Positions 40,715 to 53,115 of a DNA stretch of 64,000 bases are shown piece after piece. Each line of letters starts with the position of its first letter. Position 1 is the stretch's first letter. The DNA comes from Octopus sinensis (lineage: Eukaryota): the NCBI RefSeq assembly GCF_006345805.1, contig NC_043015.1, forward strand, positions 36,022,001-36,086,000. Direction: 5' to 3'. The translations under genes and the position numbers were made by a program. The notes beneath the pieces are model-generated. The model had not been told where the DNA came from and made no database searches. It saw only the letters and a list, made by a program, of their open reading frames with translations.

Positions 40715-40982
40715 TTGCACGCCACCGATTTTATTCAAGGGAAAGGCAAAGGCCGGCACAGCTTGGTACAACTGACGTGGTAACTCCTTCCTACAGCGGC
40801 GCGCATTCTCTCCTGGTGACCCCATACACTTGCTAGCTTCCGGTATACGGAGCTTTTAACTGGTAGCACTTGAATGTGCAAGTTGTTTGCAAGACATCTG
40901 CAACACACTGCTCGGTCCAGTAATCGAACTGAGTATCTTATTATTATGAGTCCGACACTAACAACTGAACGATGCGCCTTCA
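40715..40982 (-). mobile_element. SINE family C-related copy
   Basis: Reverse complement begins tgaaggcgcatcgttcagttgttag..agttcgattactggaccg and shares ggcctttgcctttcccttg with 52436-52455. Confidence 0.7.
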
Positions 40983-41126
40983 TATACATATATACATATG
41001 TATACACACACACACACACACACATACACATATATATATATGTATATATATGTATGTATGTATGTATATATATATGTATGCATGTATATATATATATATG
41101 CATATATATATATATATATATATATA

Positions 41127-41637
41127 GGACCGAGTACCAAACGGAGTCATCCTAGAACAGACTAATATGCCAAGCATGCATGCCCTCCTCGTGCGGAGAC
41201 GACTGCGCTGGCTCGGACACGTCTGCCGCATGCAGGACGGTCGCATGCCTAAAGACATCCTGTACAGCGAACTCACCACGGTCTCCCGACCCAAGGGACG
41301 TCCACAGCTACGATACAGGGATGTGTGCAAGCGCAACCTGAGGACTGCCAACATCTGTGTGGACACGTGGGAGGTAACAGCTGCTGACCGCTCTGCCTGG
41401 CGTCGGACAGTGAGGAAAGGGGTTTCCATGGCTGTGGAAAGGAGAGCACAGCTGTGGTCGGACAGGCGGGACAGGAGGAGGACAACTGCAGCAACACCCC
41501 ACACGTACCCATCGATGTGTGCAGCAACTGTACCAGGGACTGCCACTCTAGAATTGGACTGTTCAGTCACAGCAGACGCTGCTCATCATCAAAGTATACC
41601 CACCCTTGGCGCGACCCATTGTCTATCAAGACAGACG

Positions 41638-41640
<3 letters not shown>
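41127..41640 (+). mobile_element. 3' end of an RTE-clade LINE (5'-truncated)
   Basis: RRRLRWLGHVCRMQDGRMPKDILYSEL..RPKGRPQLRYRDVCKRNL..WEVTAADRSAWR, then a frameshifted CxxC..CHSRIGLFSHSRRC zinc-finger tail. Bounded by (TA)n and (GA)n. Confidence 0.93.
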
Positions 41641-41677
<37 letters not shown>

Positions 41678-41704
41678 TTTATATATATATATCTGTATTA
41701 ATAC

Positions 41705-41738
<34 letters not shown>

Positions 41739-41837
41739 AGTGTGTTATGAGAATTTATAGTATATAATCCTATATAAACTCAGCTAACAGTTAAAAAATA
41801 AAGAAGAGAAGATGTTAAATATTTTTATAAGTTTTAA

Positions 41838-41965
41838 TCCATGCGATCGTTTCGAATGATTACGATGTTGTAAGAACATGGAAAAATTAAATTAATTATA
41901 ACAATAATTAAAATAATAATAAAATTAATTTAATTCAATTACGTATTACCATTCTCCTCAGTGGA
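41838..41965 (-). ncRNA. Hammerhead motif in the left inverted arm (41738-41990)
   Basis: Minus strand UCCA-CUGAGGA-GAAUGGUAAUAC...GUAAUCAUUC-GAAA-CGAUCG-CA-UGGA. Confidence 0.75.
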
Positions 41966-42575
41966 AAAGATGAAGAAAACAACAAAAGAATGAAAGCTAG
42001 AGTATATAATATTTCCATAATGTTACATCCTGTCACTATAATATTTAACCCAATTATTTTTCCTACCCATCCATTATACCTAAATCCCTTATTCAACCCA
42101 TATACCTAAACCCCTTAACCTAGACACTCTACTTTTAGTAAACTATTTCTTTTAAAATTTTTTTCATCAATTTTTCTTTGCTCACCACCCCTAACTCTCA
42201 ATACTCACTAAAATTTTAATATAGCTATCGTATCCCACTAGACACTTATTACTATATATTTGTATTCAAATGTACATACGCGTAGGTATATACACTTTTA
42301 TGTGCGAGCGCGTGTTTTTATGTATTAGATGGGTGTGTGCAATGTTGTTATATTTTTTTGTCTCTGATCTTTCCTACTTATATTTAAAAATATCCGTTGG
42401 CCAAAACAGTTCTGGTTCTTACAAAGATAGACTGAACACTTCATATGTCCTTATATCTCTTTTTCGTTTTTCCCAATTTTTTTCCTGAATATCCGATCGA
42501 GTTTATCCGCCACAGGCTTTCTGTAGTCTCATTGTAATATTCTTTTCTTAATACATTTTTGATGTTTTCTTCTTT

Positions 42576-42725
42576 TCCACTGAGGAGAATGATAATACGG
42601 AATTAAATTAAATTAAATTAATTATTATTTTTATTATTATCATAACTAATTATAACTAATTGTAAATAATTAAATCTTTCAATTTTCTTACATATTAGTA
42701 TTATCATTCGAAACGATCGCATGGA
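42576..42725 (+). ncRNA. Hammerhead motif with 12-bp stem II and 99-nt AU-rich loop, in the right arm (42553-42822)
   Basis: UCCA-CUGAGGA-GAAUGAUAAUAC-(99 nt)-GUAUUAUCAUUC-GAAA-CGAUCG-CA-UGGA. Confidence 0.8.
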
Positions 42726-43089
42726 TTAAAACTATAAAAACTTTTAACATCTCTTCTACATGTTTTAACTGTTAATTGAGTTTATACTGAATTATATCCT
42801 ACAAATGTTCATAACACACTTTTTGTCATATTTTCATATTTTAAATACTTGCATTAGCATGAAACTACTTTGATATGAAGAATCTTCATTAGGAATCTAA
42901 CTTTTTGAACCCCCATCAAAATGTTCAAAATATTCTACTTGAACCAAACCTTTCTCTCACTCACATAAACACACATATATGTATGTACGTATATTTACAT
43001 GTATGCATGCATATATATGTGTGAGTAAATGTGAATATGTGTCTGTGTGTGTGTGAGTTCTTTATGCGCGTGTAGCTCTGGGCTATGCG

Positions 43090-43133
<44 letters not shown>

Positions 43134-43523
43134 CACATATGTATGTTTGCGCAAAAGCACTGTTAAGCCTTACACTATCTTGATGCACCAATTTCCATTG
43201 GAAAATCAATTATCCCCCGAAAATGCAATACTCCACGGATGAAAACAACCACGCTTTACAGAGGAGGATCGTGCTAGGAAACAAATGCTTTCAAAGCAAA
43301 CATTTCAAACCATACGACTCTACTTTCACTTTCACCTTTCGCTTCGGATTCCTGCTTTTTTTTTCTTTTGAATCAATTCATGTCTCGTTGTAATATTTAA
43401 TGTGAAATCTATTATAGTCAGTGTCGTATCGATTTTTCATCGAGTCGTTCGTATATTATTTTGTCTGCTAGTTCCAACAAGTGGAAAAAAATAGACAGAA
43501 TCCGATAATGCAAACTATTCATT

Positions 43524-43554
<31 letters not shown>

Positions 43555-44032
43555 TGCTGTTTTGTTTCTATGCAAATGTGGAGATTGATGCTTTGCGAAG
43601 ACTTTATACACATACACATATTTTCATACATATACGTACTGATATAAATACATATAGATATACACACATAACTATGTATGTATGCATATATATATGTATA
43701 TATTTATAGGTGAGCTATATATGAGGTAAGCTACTGGCATCTCCAGTAGACGTGGTGTCCAGTACTGGAGTGAAGCAGAAATAGTCCGAAACCAGATTGA
43801 TATGATGGTCTAGTCGCTCTAATGGAGTAGGGGTTCGATCCCTGTTCGCAATATGTCGAATACACCTGTGCATCGTAAACCAGCTACAAGAGATATCCTC
43901 TTGGGGTTAAATAATTCGCAGTAAATCCGTTCGAATGGAACAGCCACGTTGAAGAGGCTACAAACATTACTTGCTTGTACAACTAATTGCACTCATCTGT
44001 TAGATTTTAGAACTAGCTGTTTAGCTTTTATA

Positions 44033-44879
44033 CAGGGTCACTGGTGGGTTTCAATTTTTAATAACTTCCTTAACTTTACAAATGAATGATTGAAATTTTG
44101 ATGCATTATAACGCACAAGCCAAATTTGGCAACACCACTACATCACGTAGGAAAAACGACATTGCTCAAATGGCAGCCATTTTCGGATTCGTACGCCCGT
44201 GCTCTTTCATCATAACACCCTCATGAGTTTCAGACTCTACTTCTCTGATTTCTATATTGATGTTCTCCTTCAGTTGCATCAGGGTCTCTGGTTTGTTGAT
44301 GTACACCCTCTCTTTCAAGTATCCTCACAAGAAAAATCCGGGCTAGTCAAGTCTGCAGGACGTGAAGGCCAGTTGACATCGCCGTAGGGGAAAATTATTC
44401 TCCTCGGAAAGCAATGCCGTAGCAGCTGCATCGTTTCTCTTGCTGTATGAGAAGTTGCCCCAACTTGCTGGAATTATGTATGAGGTCTACTCTGGATGGC
44501 CTTTACGTTCTGCAGATTTGACTAGCCCAGAATTTTTTCTTGTGGAGATACCTGAAAGAGAGGGTTTAGGTCAACAAACCGGACAACCTGGCGCTGCTGA
44601 AAGAGAACATCAATAGAGAAATCATACAAGTGGGGCCTGAAACTCTTGAGGGTGTTATAGTGCAAGTTCTGGAAAGAGCACGAGCATGCACAGCCGAAAA
44701 TGTCTGCCATTTAAGCAATGTTATTTTTTATACACGATGAAGCAGTGTTGCAAAATTTGACCTGTCCTTATTAATGTCCATTTGATCCCATATATTCTAT
44801 CAAAATTTCATGCATTTATTTCTAAATTTAAAGAAGTTATTAAATATTGAAACCCGTCAGTGAGTTTTGCAACACCTTC
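44033..44879. mobile_element. Fold-back Tc1/mariner (DD41D, rosa-like) element made of two inverted transposase 3' ends
   Basis: Minus strand FQQ(V)GATSHT...WPSRPADLTSPDF with 41 residues between the second catalytic position and the third D. Plus strand WPLRSADLTSP..YLKERV..NKP from ~44496. TA at both ends; cagggt terminus. Confidence 0.85.
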
Positions 44880-44895
44880 TATATATGTATATATG

Positions 44896-44934
<39 letters not shown>

Positions 44935-45985
44935 ATATATATGTGTGTATGTGGGGGGTATGCATATATATATTTATATATATGTCTGTGTGTATTATGT
45001 GTGTTTGTGTGTGTATGTTTGTGCATATGTCTGTTTGATACATTTTCGCTACGAATGACATAGTTAATTTGCCTCTCCGTGATGTATCTTCCTTGGATAT
45101 ATTCACAAATTTCTACTTTAATACTGCTTCTGTTCTACAACAAAATTTTCTCTTGTTTTAAATCACTGTTTCCTTGTATCAGTAACGGTGGCACTTGTTT
45201 TACAAGCAACTAACGAAGTGCCCACCTAGCAATGTCACTTTCACCATTTTTCGTTGATTACTGATAGATTGTTGGGTTACTGTCACTATATCTTATTTCA
45301 TTCCAATCTTTTAATATTTACTCCATTGGCATATTTCATTTGCTACTGTAAATATAAGTTGTATCTCTGTTCTTGTATAGACGCCGTAGTCTCTTACTTC
45401 TAATTCGTTGTCTTGGCTTGATTTTGATTAAAACGTAAATGAAGCAGACTTGATCTTAATATTAGCAACTGATGTATATCTCACCAACAGCTTTACTGTG
45501 TGTGTGTACGGTTTACTATATTCCCTAAATCACAGAATGAAAATAGTTGTATATAGGTACCCCATGTCATCCAACTCCCACCGTAATGTATAACTGGTAA
45601 ACCTACTTTAATTCACGTGTCTTATTTGTCGATATCTCTCCGTATACAGAGTGACAGAGCGTAACAGAGTCGTGTTTTGTTGATGTGGTATTCATTAACA
45701 TATTCGTCCTCTGATCATATCCTGTAATGTCTTTAGCTCCCAGGTTAATTCTTAGGATATCAAAGGGAGTTAATTATGCATTCATATTTGTGACAAGTAA
45801 TGATCAGTCAATGACTCTCTTTATAAAATTTGCTTCACATGTGTATGCGTATGTACGTGCCCGTGTCTGTATACATACCTATATGTGTATACATGTGTAT
45901 ATATGTGTATATATATATGTATATGTATGCCCGTATACATACATACGTACATACTTACATACACATATATATTTACGTATATATA

Positions 45986-46017
<32 letters not shown>

Positions 46018-46164
46018 CCCATTGATATATAAATATATGCTTACATATATATGTATATATATATATATTTGTGTATATATATATACTATATATATATATT
46101 ATATATATACCCATTGATATATAATATATGCTTACATATATATGTATATATATATATATTTGTG

Positions 46165-46200
<36 letters not shown>

Positions 46201-46206
46201 CACTCA

Positions 46207-46252
<46 letters not shown>

Positions 46253-46911
46253 CATATATATATATATAGATAGATAGAGAGAGAGAGAGAGATTAATCAT
46301 TACATTAAGATTCTACGTAGTAAATTAATATAAAAGCTAGACGAAGTAGTATAATTTCCATTTTAAGCCTTAAGATATATTTAAAGGAAAGTAAACGACA
46401 TAATGATAAGATGAAATTTTCATTACTTTAATGGCGAATAATACACAAAACTAAATTCGTATCGAGACACTTACTTATAGTGAAAGAAGTAACAGAAAAA
46501 ATTAGAATTCAGAAAGGAGGTGAAAAATTTAATTATGAAGCAAATAACACAAAAATTCACAGATCTATGTATCTAACAATTTTTCCCAAATTAATTTGCT
46601 TGTCTACAAATACGCCCAACAATTGATCACATCTACAATTAAGACAGCAAATAAAGCCATGAAATTATATGAGATACTTTGTAGATGTGTGTTACAGAGA
46701 AAAAGCTTGAGTTGAATTTATGTCATTGCATAATGGAATAACAGTCTTTTCATTCGCTTAATCGTGACATGGGATTTATCCGCATATCTATGCGGATATA
46801 ACAACACACAGCGTTTGCTAATTAGTATGTGAAAATTTAGCAGAGTCTATTTTAAATTTCCTTCAAAACAAGTTGAAAACCTTGCATATCTCAAAGAAAT
46901 AGAAATACAAA

Positions 46912-46930
46912 TTAATAATAATAATAATTG

Positions 46931-46992
<62 letters not shown>

Positions 46993-47070
46993 TATCATTA
47001 TTATTGTTGTTGTTGTTGTTGTTATTGTTGCTGTTGTTATTGTTGCTGTTTTTGTTGTTGTTGTTGTTAT
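46912..47070. repeat. (TAA)n/(TTG)n compound microsatellite
   Basis: Direct inspection. Confidence 0.95.
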
Positions 47071-47252
47071 TTCGCCTGCAGCTATGATTGCTGCTGATAG
47101 AGTTGTGTACAAAAGAAACGAACAAACAAAACGTAAAGAACCATTCTGTCGGAGACGATTTTTGTGAGAAACAAACAAACTTCTAAAGACATTTAGGACA
47201 AGTTGATAGATTGAAAAGCGGGGGAATTACAGTACGAAAGCAAAGGAATAAG

Positions 47253-47315
47253 TCTGGAACGAACCTGGTATCGAACTCGGAATCTTGGGGTTAGTAGCCC
47301 CCGCTCTTAACTACT
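47253..47315 (-). mobile_element. Isolated tRNA-like SINE head
   Basis: Reverse complement gtagttaagagcgggggctactaaccccaagattccgagttcgataccagg has A-box-like and B-box motifs. Confidence 0.55.
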
Positions 47316-48219
47316 TATTTTCAGCCCATCTTAAATGATGAGACGAGTGATTAATGTTACTCTTTTTGCCTCCAGAGCTTAACACCAGAATTTCGGGATG
47401 ACACTGGATGAGCAAAGGTGAAATTTTGAGTTTGAAATCCACACCGAAAGAAAACTGGTCGGCGTTCTTGGTGAAGTGGAAATGCTCCTGATTGTAAAAA
47501 AAAAACTTCTACGGGATCTGTGACTTAATTTACACGGAGGGCGTGGAACTCATAAGAGTTGTAGTTGAGGGCAGAAAGGCTAAGTGATACTCTTGCGGAT
47601 GTACAACCCATCAAATAGTCTGCACCCCTCAAAGAAACTTTCTCTGAAATATGTCGTTATTGTTGGTGCTGCTGTCGTAGCTGTTATTGTTGTTCTCGCT
47701 GCTGCGGGTGGCGCTTGTAGTGGAGGTGGTAGTGAAAGCAGTATTCTTGGTGGTAGTGGTGTTGTTGTTGTTGCTGATGTTGATCTTACTCTTCCACTAA
47801 CAACGTCAACCGGTGAAGCGCTATTACTCTCACTCTCTCTTCAGCGTTACATGATTCTCCTGCGTCTCCCCCCCTCCTTGACAACTGACTCTCTCCCCCC
47901 CCCTCTCTCTCTCTCTCTCGGTCGATCGAACATTATTATTGCTGCCTTTGATTAAAAACTCAAAACTTTTTCCACATGGAAGTAACTTTCGGTAAGTCTC
48001 CCAAGAAACAGAAGAACGTCAGATAAAAGAGGAACTCACTCGCAGAAGGTTCCTTTAATCTCCAAACTGGTCCAGAACGAGGAGAAAGCGCAGCTGTTGT
48101 CCAGAGAAATAGAAAATACGGCGGCGAAATCAACGTGGCTTATCCGGCTGGCGGCCATAATAATAATAATAATAATAATAATGATATTCGTTTCAATTTT
48201 TGGCACAAGTCCGGCAACT

Positions 48220-48745
48220 TTTTATCGACCCAGAAAGGATGAAAGGCAAACTCGACCTTGCCGGATTTTGAACTCAGAATGTGAGGACAGACGGAATGCC
48301 GCTAAGTATTATGCCCGGCGTTCTTATGATTCTGCCAGCTCACCGGACCCCGAAAGGATGGAAAGCAAGGTCAACCTAGGCGGAATTTGAACTCGATTTG
48401 TAAAGATGGTTGAAATGCCACTATCTTGACTGTCGTTGTTTTTGGTTATCTCCCATTCTGTGGCACTTTGAGAAAGTGTCCCCTACTATAACCTGGGAGG
48501 ATTTATGCTTGTGATCGAATTTGGTAGAATTTGTGTGTGTGTGTGTGTGTTTGTATTAGTCCCCGCTTACCACCTAAAAAGACGATGTGTGTTTACACCT
48601 CCATCATATATCGACAAAATAGAACGATCGTACTAATAGTACTCTTAAGAAAATAAATAGTAGATCTCATTTAATCGACTAAGCACGTTAAAGAGGTGCA
48701 CCAGTATGGCCGCAGTTCAATAACTGTAATGAATAGAAGACAGAA
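48220..48745. mobile_element. Two partial SINE B copies (-) followed by a decayed SINE A (+)
   Basis: ttatcgacccagaaaggatgaaaggc and gaccccgaaaggatggaaagcaaggtcaacc..gcggaatttgaactc; then cccattctgtggcactttg..ccagtatggccgcagt. Confidence 0.7.
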
Positions 48746-49186
48746 GAATTGTACATTTATAAATATTTAGATGTGATTAAAAGACTAATCAATAATGTTT
48801 TCTCAATCAGGTAATAGTCACGATCGATCAGACAATGAATTGGAAAGGTAAAAGATATGTTTAATCCTGCTGCCCAGTATAATCGGTAACAGTCTTCTAG
48901 AAGGTGGTCAACTCTGACCAATTGCTCAGATGATAATTACGCCGATGCTCGTAACTCATCTGTACATCTGCGTGTGTGTGTGTGTGTGCGTGCAAAACGC
49001 TGATTGTTGCTTTTTCCCAACATACGATTTTCGAGTTTTGTACTCTCCGAGAGCAGAGTCGTTATTTCTGGCCATAAGAGATCAAACACAAAATAACCTT
49101 ACTGTTTCAAGCATTGAATTTTTCTTCCATTTTTCTTGTGGTGTGCGCCATCATCTGGTAGACAACTCTTTCTTCATGCATGTCTC

Positions 49187-49311
<125 letters not shown>

Positions 49312-49345
49312 GTATATATACATAACGCACACACACAAACATATA

Positions 49346-49388
<43 letters not shown>

Positions 49389-49930
49389 ATATATATGTAT
49401 ATATATATATGTATATATGAGTGCGCGTGTGTGTATGTATGCATATGTATGTATGCATGTATATGTGTATTATATATGTGTGTAAGTGTGTGCATATATG
49501 TATATGTAAGTATGTGCGCGTGTATGAGTATGTATGTATGCTTGCACACGTTGTATATATATGTGTGTGTGTGTATATATATGGATGCGCGTGCGTGCGT
49601 GCACGTGTAGGGTACGCATGTGTATATGTGTATGTGCGTGTATGTGTATGTATGCATATATGTATGTATGCATGTATATGTGTATTATATATGTGTGGTA
49701 AGTGTGTGCATATATGTATAGGTAAGTATGTGTGCGTGTATGAGTATGTATGTATGCTTGCACACGTGTATATATGTGTGTGTTGTGTGTATATATATGG
49801 ATCATGTGCGTGTGTGCACGTGTATGGGTACGCATGTATGTGTATGTGCTTGTATGCGTATACGTGTATGTATGTATGTGTGGGCGTATATTTGTATATG
49901 TATGTGTGAGTGTGTATATATATTATATAT

Positions 49931-49964
<34 letters not shown>

Positions 49965-50327
49965 GATGGGGGTGTATGTATGCGTATAAATGCATGTAAG
50001 TATGGATGTATGGATGTATGTATGTATGTTTACGTATGTATGTGTTTGTGTGTATATGTATGTAGGTGTGTGTGTGTAGTGTGTATATATGTATATATAT
50101 ATATGTGTGTATATATGTTTGTGTATGTATAATATGTGTATGTATGTGTGTGTATATATATGTGTGTGGTTGGTATGTATGTATATATATTGTATATATA
50201 TATATATATATATGTATGTATATATATATATATATAATATGTATGTGGTGTATATGTATATATATAGGGTATGTATCTGGTATGTAGGAGTATATATATG
50301 TGTGTGTTGTGTGTGTATGTGTAATAT

Positions 50328-50368
<41 letters not shown>

Positions 50369-51079
50369 TTATTGGTGTATATATATAGACTAGCCTCCTA
50401 AAGTGTAGACATGAATCTGTAGGTACGAGTACGTAGTGTGTATATACGTGAACGTATGTAGATGTTTGTATGTATGAATATAACGCGTGCGTACGTGTAT
50501 GTGTATGAGTGTACGAATGGGTGTATGTACGTGCTAATGAGTGTGCGTGCGGGAACGAGTACTTGCCTTCTAGTAGACAGACAATTGGAATGCTGCCATC
50601 GCCAGGATCCTTACCCTAGCGATCAAAGATAACAAAAGTAATAAATGAAGATAATAAAATTAAAATTAGGGAATGGGCCTGTATTTGATTGTGTATATAT
50701 ATATATATATATAATATATATATATATATGTATGTATGTGTGTATGTGTAGGTATGTATAGGCACACATGTGTACGTATGTGTGTGTGTATGTATATGTG
50801 TTTATGTAAGTATGTGCACACATTTTATTTTTTTATTTTTTTATTTTTTTATTTTTTTATTTTTTTTTTATTTTTTTATTTTTTTTTTATTTATTTTTTT
50901 TTTATATTTTTTATTTTTTTTTTTTTTATTATTTATTCTTTCATCTAACTTACCACTGACTCCTTGACCACTCCCCCAAGTATGATATTTTGCGCTATGC
51001 CTACCCCCAAAAAAAGTCCCCCACCACCACTCCTTTAAACCGCCTAAATGTATAAATGCTAATACAATTCTTGTTAAAT

Positions 51080-51130
51080 AGCTTCCTGAAGATTTCTCTT
51101 GAATGAAACAGTACTAGTCCTGTAGAAGCT
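51080..51130 (+). ncRNA. Type I hammerhead ribozyme motif (element ~50820-51215)
   Basis: AGCUUC-CUGAAGA-UUUCucuuGAAU-GAAA-CAGUACUAGUCCUG-UA-GAAGCU. Perfect 6-bp stem I; stem III one base from a 14-nt palindrome; GUA site. Confidence 0.85.
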
Positions 51131-51237
51131 CCTTCTATATAATAAATTAATTTTACTCTGCTATTAATTGAGTACCTTACTTACTGTGGTTACCCCGGAT
51201 CAACCCGGGAACCTACATATATTTATATATATATATA

Positions 51238-51284
<47 letters not shown>

Positions 51285-51373
51285 GTATACATATATATAT
51301 GTGTATGTGTATGTATGTATATATGCCTGAGCGAGTGTGTAATTGCGTGTACAACTTCCTCATCTATGTATGC

Positions 51374-51414
<41 letters not shown>

Positions 51415-51485
51415 GTGTTTGTTGTGTTGTGTCTGTCTGTGGTGTGTGTTTGTATTTATGGTAGCGTAGAAGTTATGTTATATGT

Positions 51486-51558
<73 letters not shown>

Positions 51559-51710
51559 GGTGGAGGTCGTAAACACTGTTAATAAAAAGAAGCGACCATC
51601 ATGTACTTATCGATCGAAGACCCTTGGGATAATTGTTCTGTTTTACTTTGAACAGCACACAACCTTATGTCTCGTCCTACATATAAAAAAAAACATACAT
51701 ATGTGTGCGT

Positions 51711-51756
<46 letters not shown>

Positions 51757-52200
51757 GTGTGTTTACAAAACACAGAAACAATCTGTAAAGTATTAATTTC
51801 GATGGAAACAGTAAGGCCGTACATGAGGAATGCAATGTCATGCGAAGGATAGAAAAGAAAATCTCCAGTAATATTATTAATCGATAGATTTTACATTTGG
51901 CAAGACAACAAACATTGTTGGCTGACCGTATATCGAACTCTTCCCTCCGGATTATGTGTCAAATTACAGATGTCACAGGTTACCGTCATTGTAGAGACAC
52001 TGAAAAACAAAGAATAAAATGGTGGTGCGTTGTCTTCTTTGGTATTTAATCATTTAATATCTATCTCCCTGATATACATACAAAGGTACATGTATGTATG
52101 TATTGTATGTATGCATGTATGTACTATGTATGATGTGTGCGTGTATGTGTGTGCCTATCTGTATATAAATATGAATATGTATGCATATCTATATATATAG

Positions 52201-52266
<66 letters not shown>

Positions 52267-52269
52267 AAG

Positions 52270-52595
52270 TGAAGGCGCATTGATCAGTGGTTAGAGCGTC
52301 GTGCGTACGATCGTGAGGTTGTGAGTTCGATTCCCGGACCGGGCTGCGTGTTGTGTTCTTGAGTAAGACACTTTATTTCTCTTTGCTCCAGATAACTCAG
52401 CTGTAGAAATGAGTTGCAGGGTCACAGCTGAATCGGCCTTTGCTTTTCCCTTGGATAACATCAATGGTGTGGAGAGGGGAGGCTGGTACGGAAGGGTGAC
52501 TGCTGGCCACAAACAACCTTGACCGGAGTTGTGCCTCGGAGGGTAACTCTCTAGGTGTGATCCCATGGTAATTCATGACCGAAGGGTGTCTTCTG
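52270..52595 (+). mobile_element. Full-length SINE family C (tRNA head plus CORE-like domain)
   Basis: gaaggcgcattgatcagtggttagagc..gagttcgattcccgg..gtgttcttgagtaagacactttatttc..ctcagctgtagaaatgag; flanked by (TA)n. Confidence 0.85.
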
Positions 52596-52899
52596 ATATA
52601 TATATAATGATATACACACATACTTATACACATGCACACACACACTCGCCCCCACCCACAGGCACAAATTCAACTACATGGTCAGACTTGGACTGGCAGC
52701 CCGAGGCGTTCCAAGGCTACTTCATGATTTCTTCAACAAAATGTATCAATGATTATATTAAAAGTATATTCTAAACCTGTACCCTGTCAGATGACTTGAC
52801 CACACGGAGATTTCGTTTGGTGTTGCCCATGACAAGGAATGTTTCTAAAAAACGAGTGTCGCTACTCTTCGTTTAATAGACAAAATAGATATGCGTGTG

Positions 52900-53115
52900 T
52901 ATGCGTGTGTGTGTGTGTGTTTGTGTGTGTGTGTTTATGTTTAGGTTTGTCCTCACTACCGCTTGACGAGCAATGTTAGTTTATTTACGTCCCCGTAGTC
53001 TAGCGATTCAGCAAAAGAGAGCGATAGAATAAATACCGGAAGCACCAAACTTCTGCAACTAAAGCCTTTCATAGCAGTGCCTCAGCATAGCTGCATTCCA
53101 ATGACTGCAACAAAA
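52900..53115 (+). mobile_element. SINE family A, 3' half
   Basis: accgcttgac..tttacgtccccgta..gcaaaagagagcgatagaataa..cagcatagctgcattccaatgactg. Confidence 0.7.

Noticed and set aside
43770-43850. GAAA-CCA..UGG-UC plus a nearby B-box
   Set aside because: No CUGANGA core or stem I found; family could not be assigned.
47940-48160. Possible exon or ORF (..KLVQNEEKAQLLSREIEN..) near a gtaagt donor
   Set aside because: No recognisable homology, no clear acceptor, and the frame runs into (TAA)n and SINE sequence.
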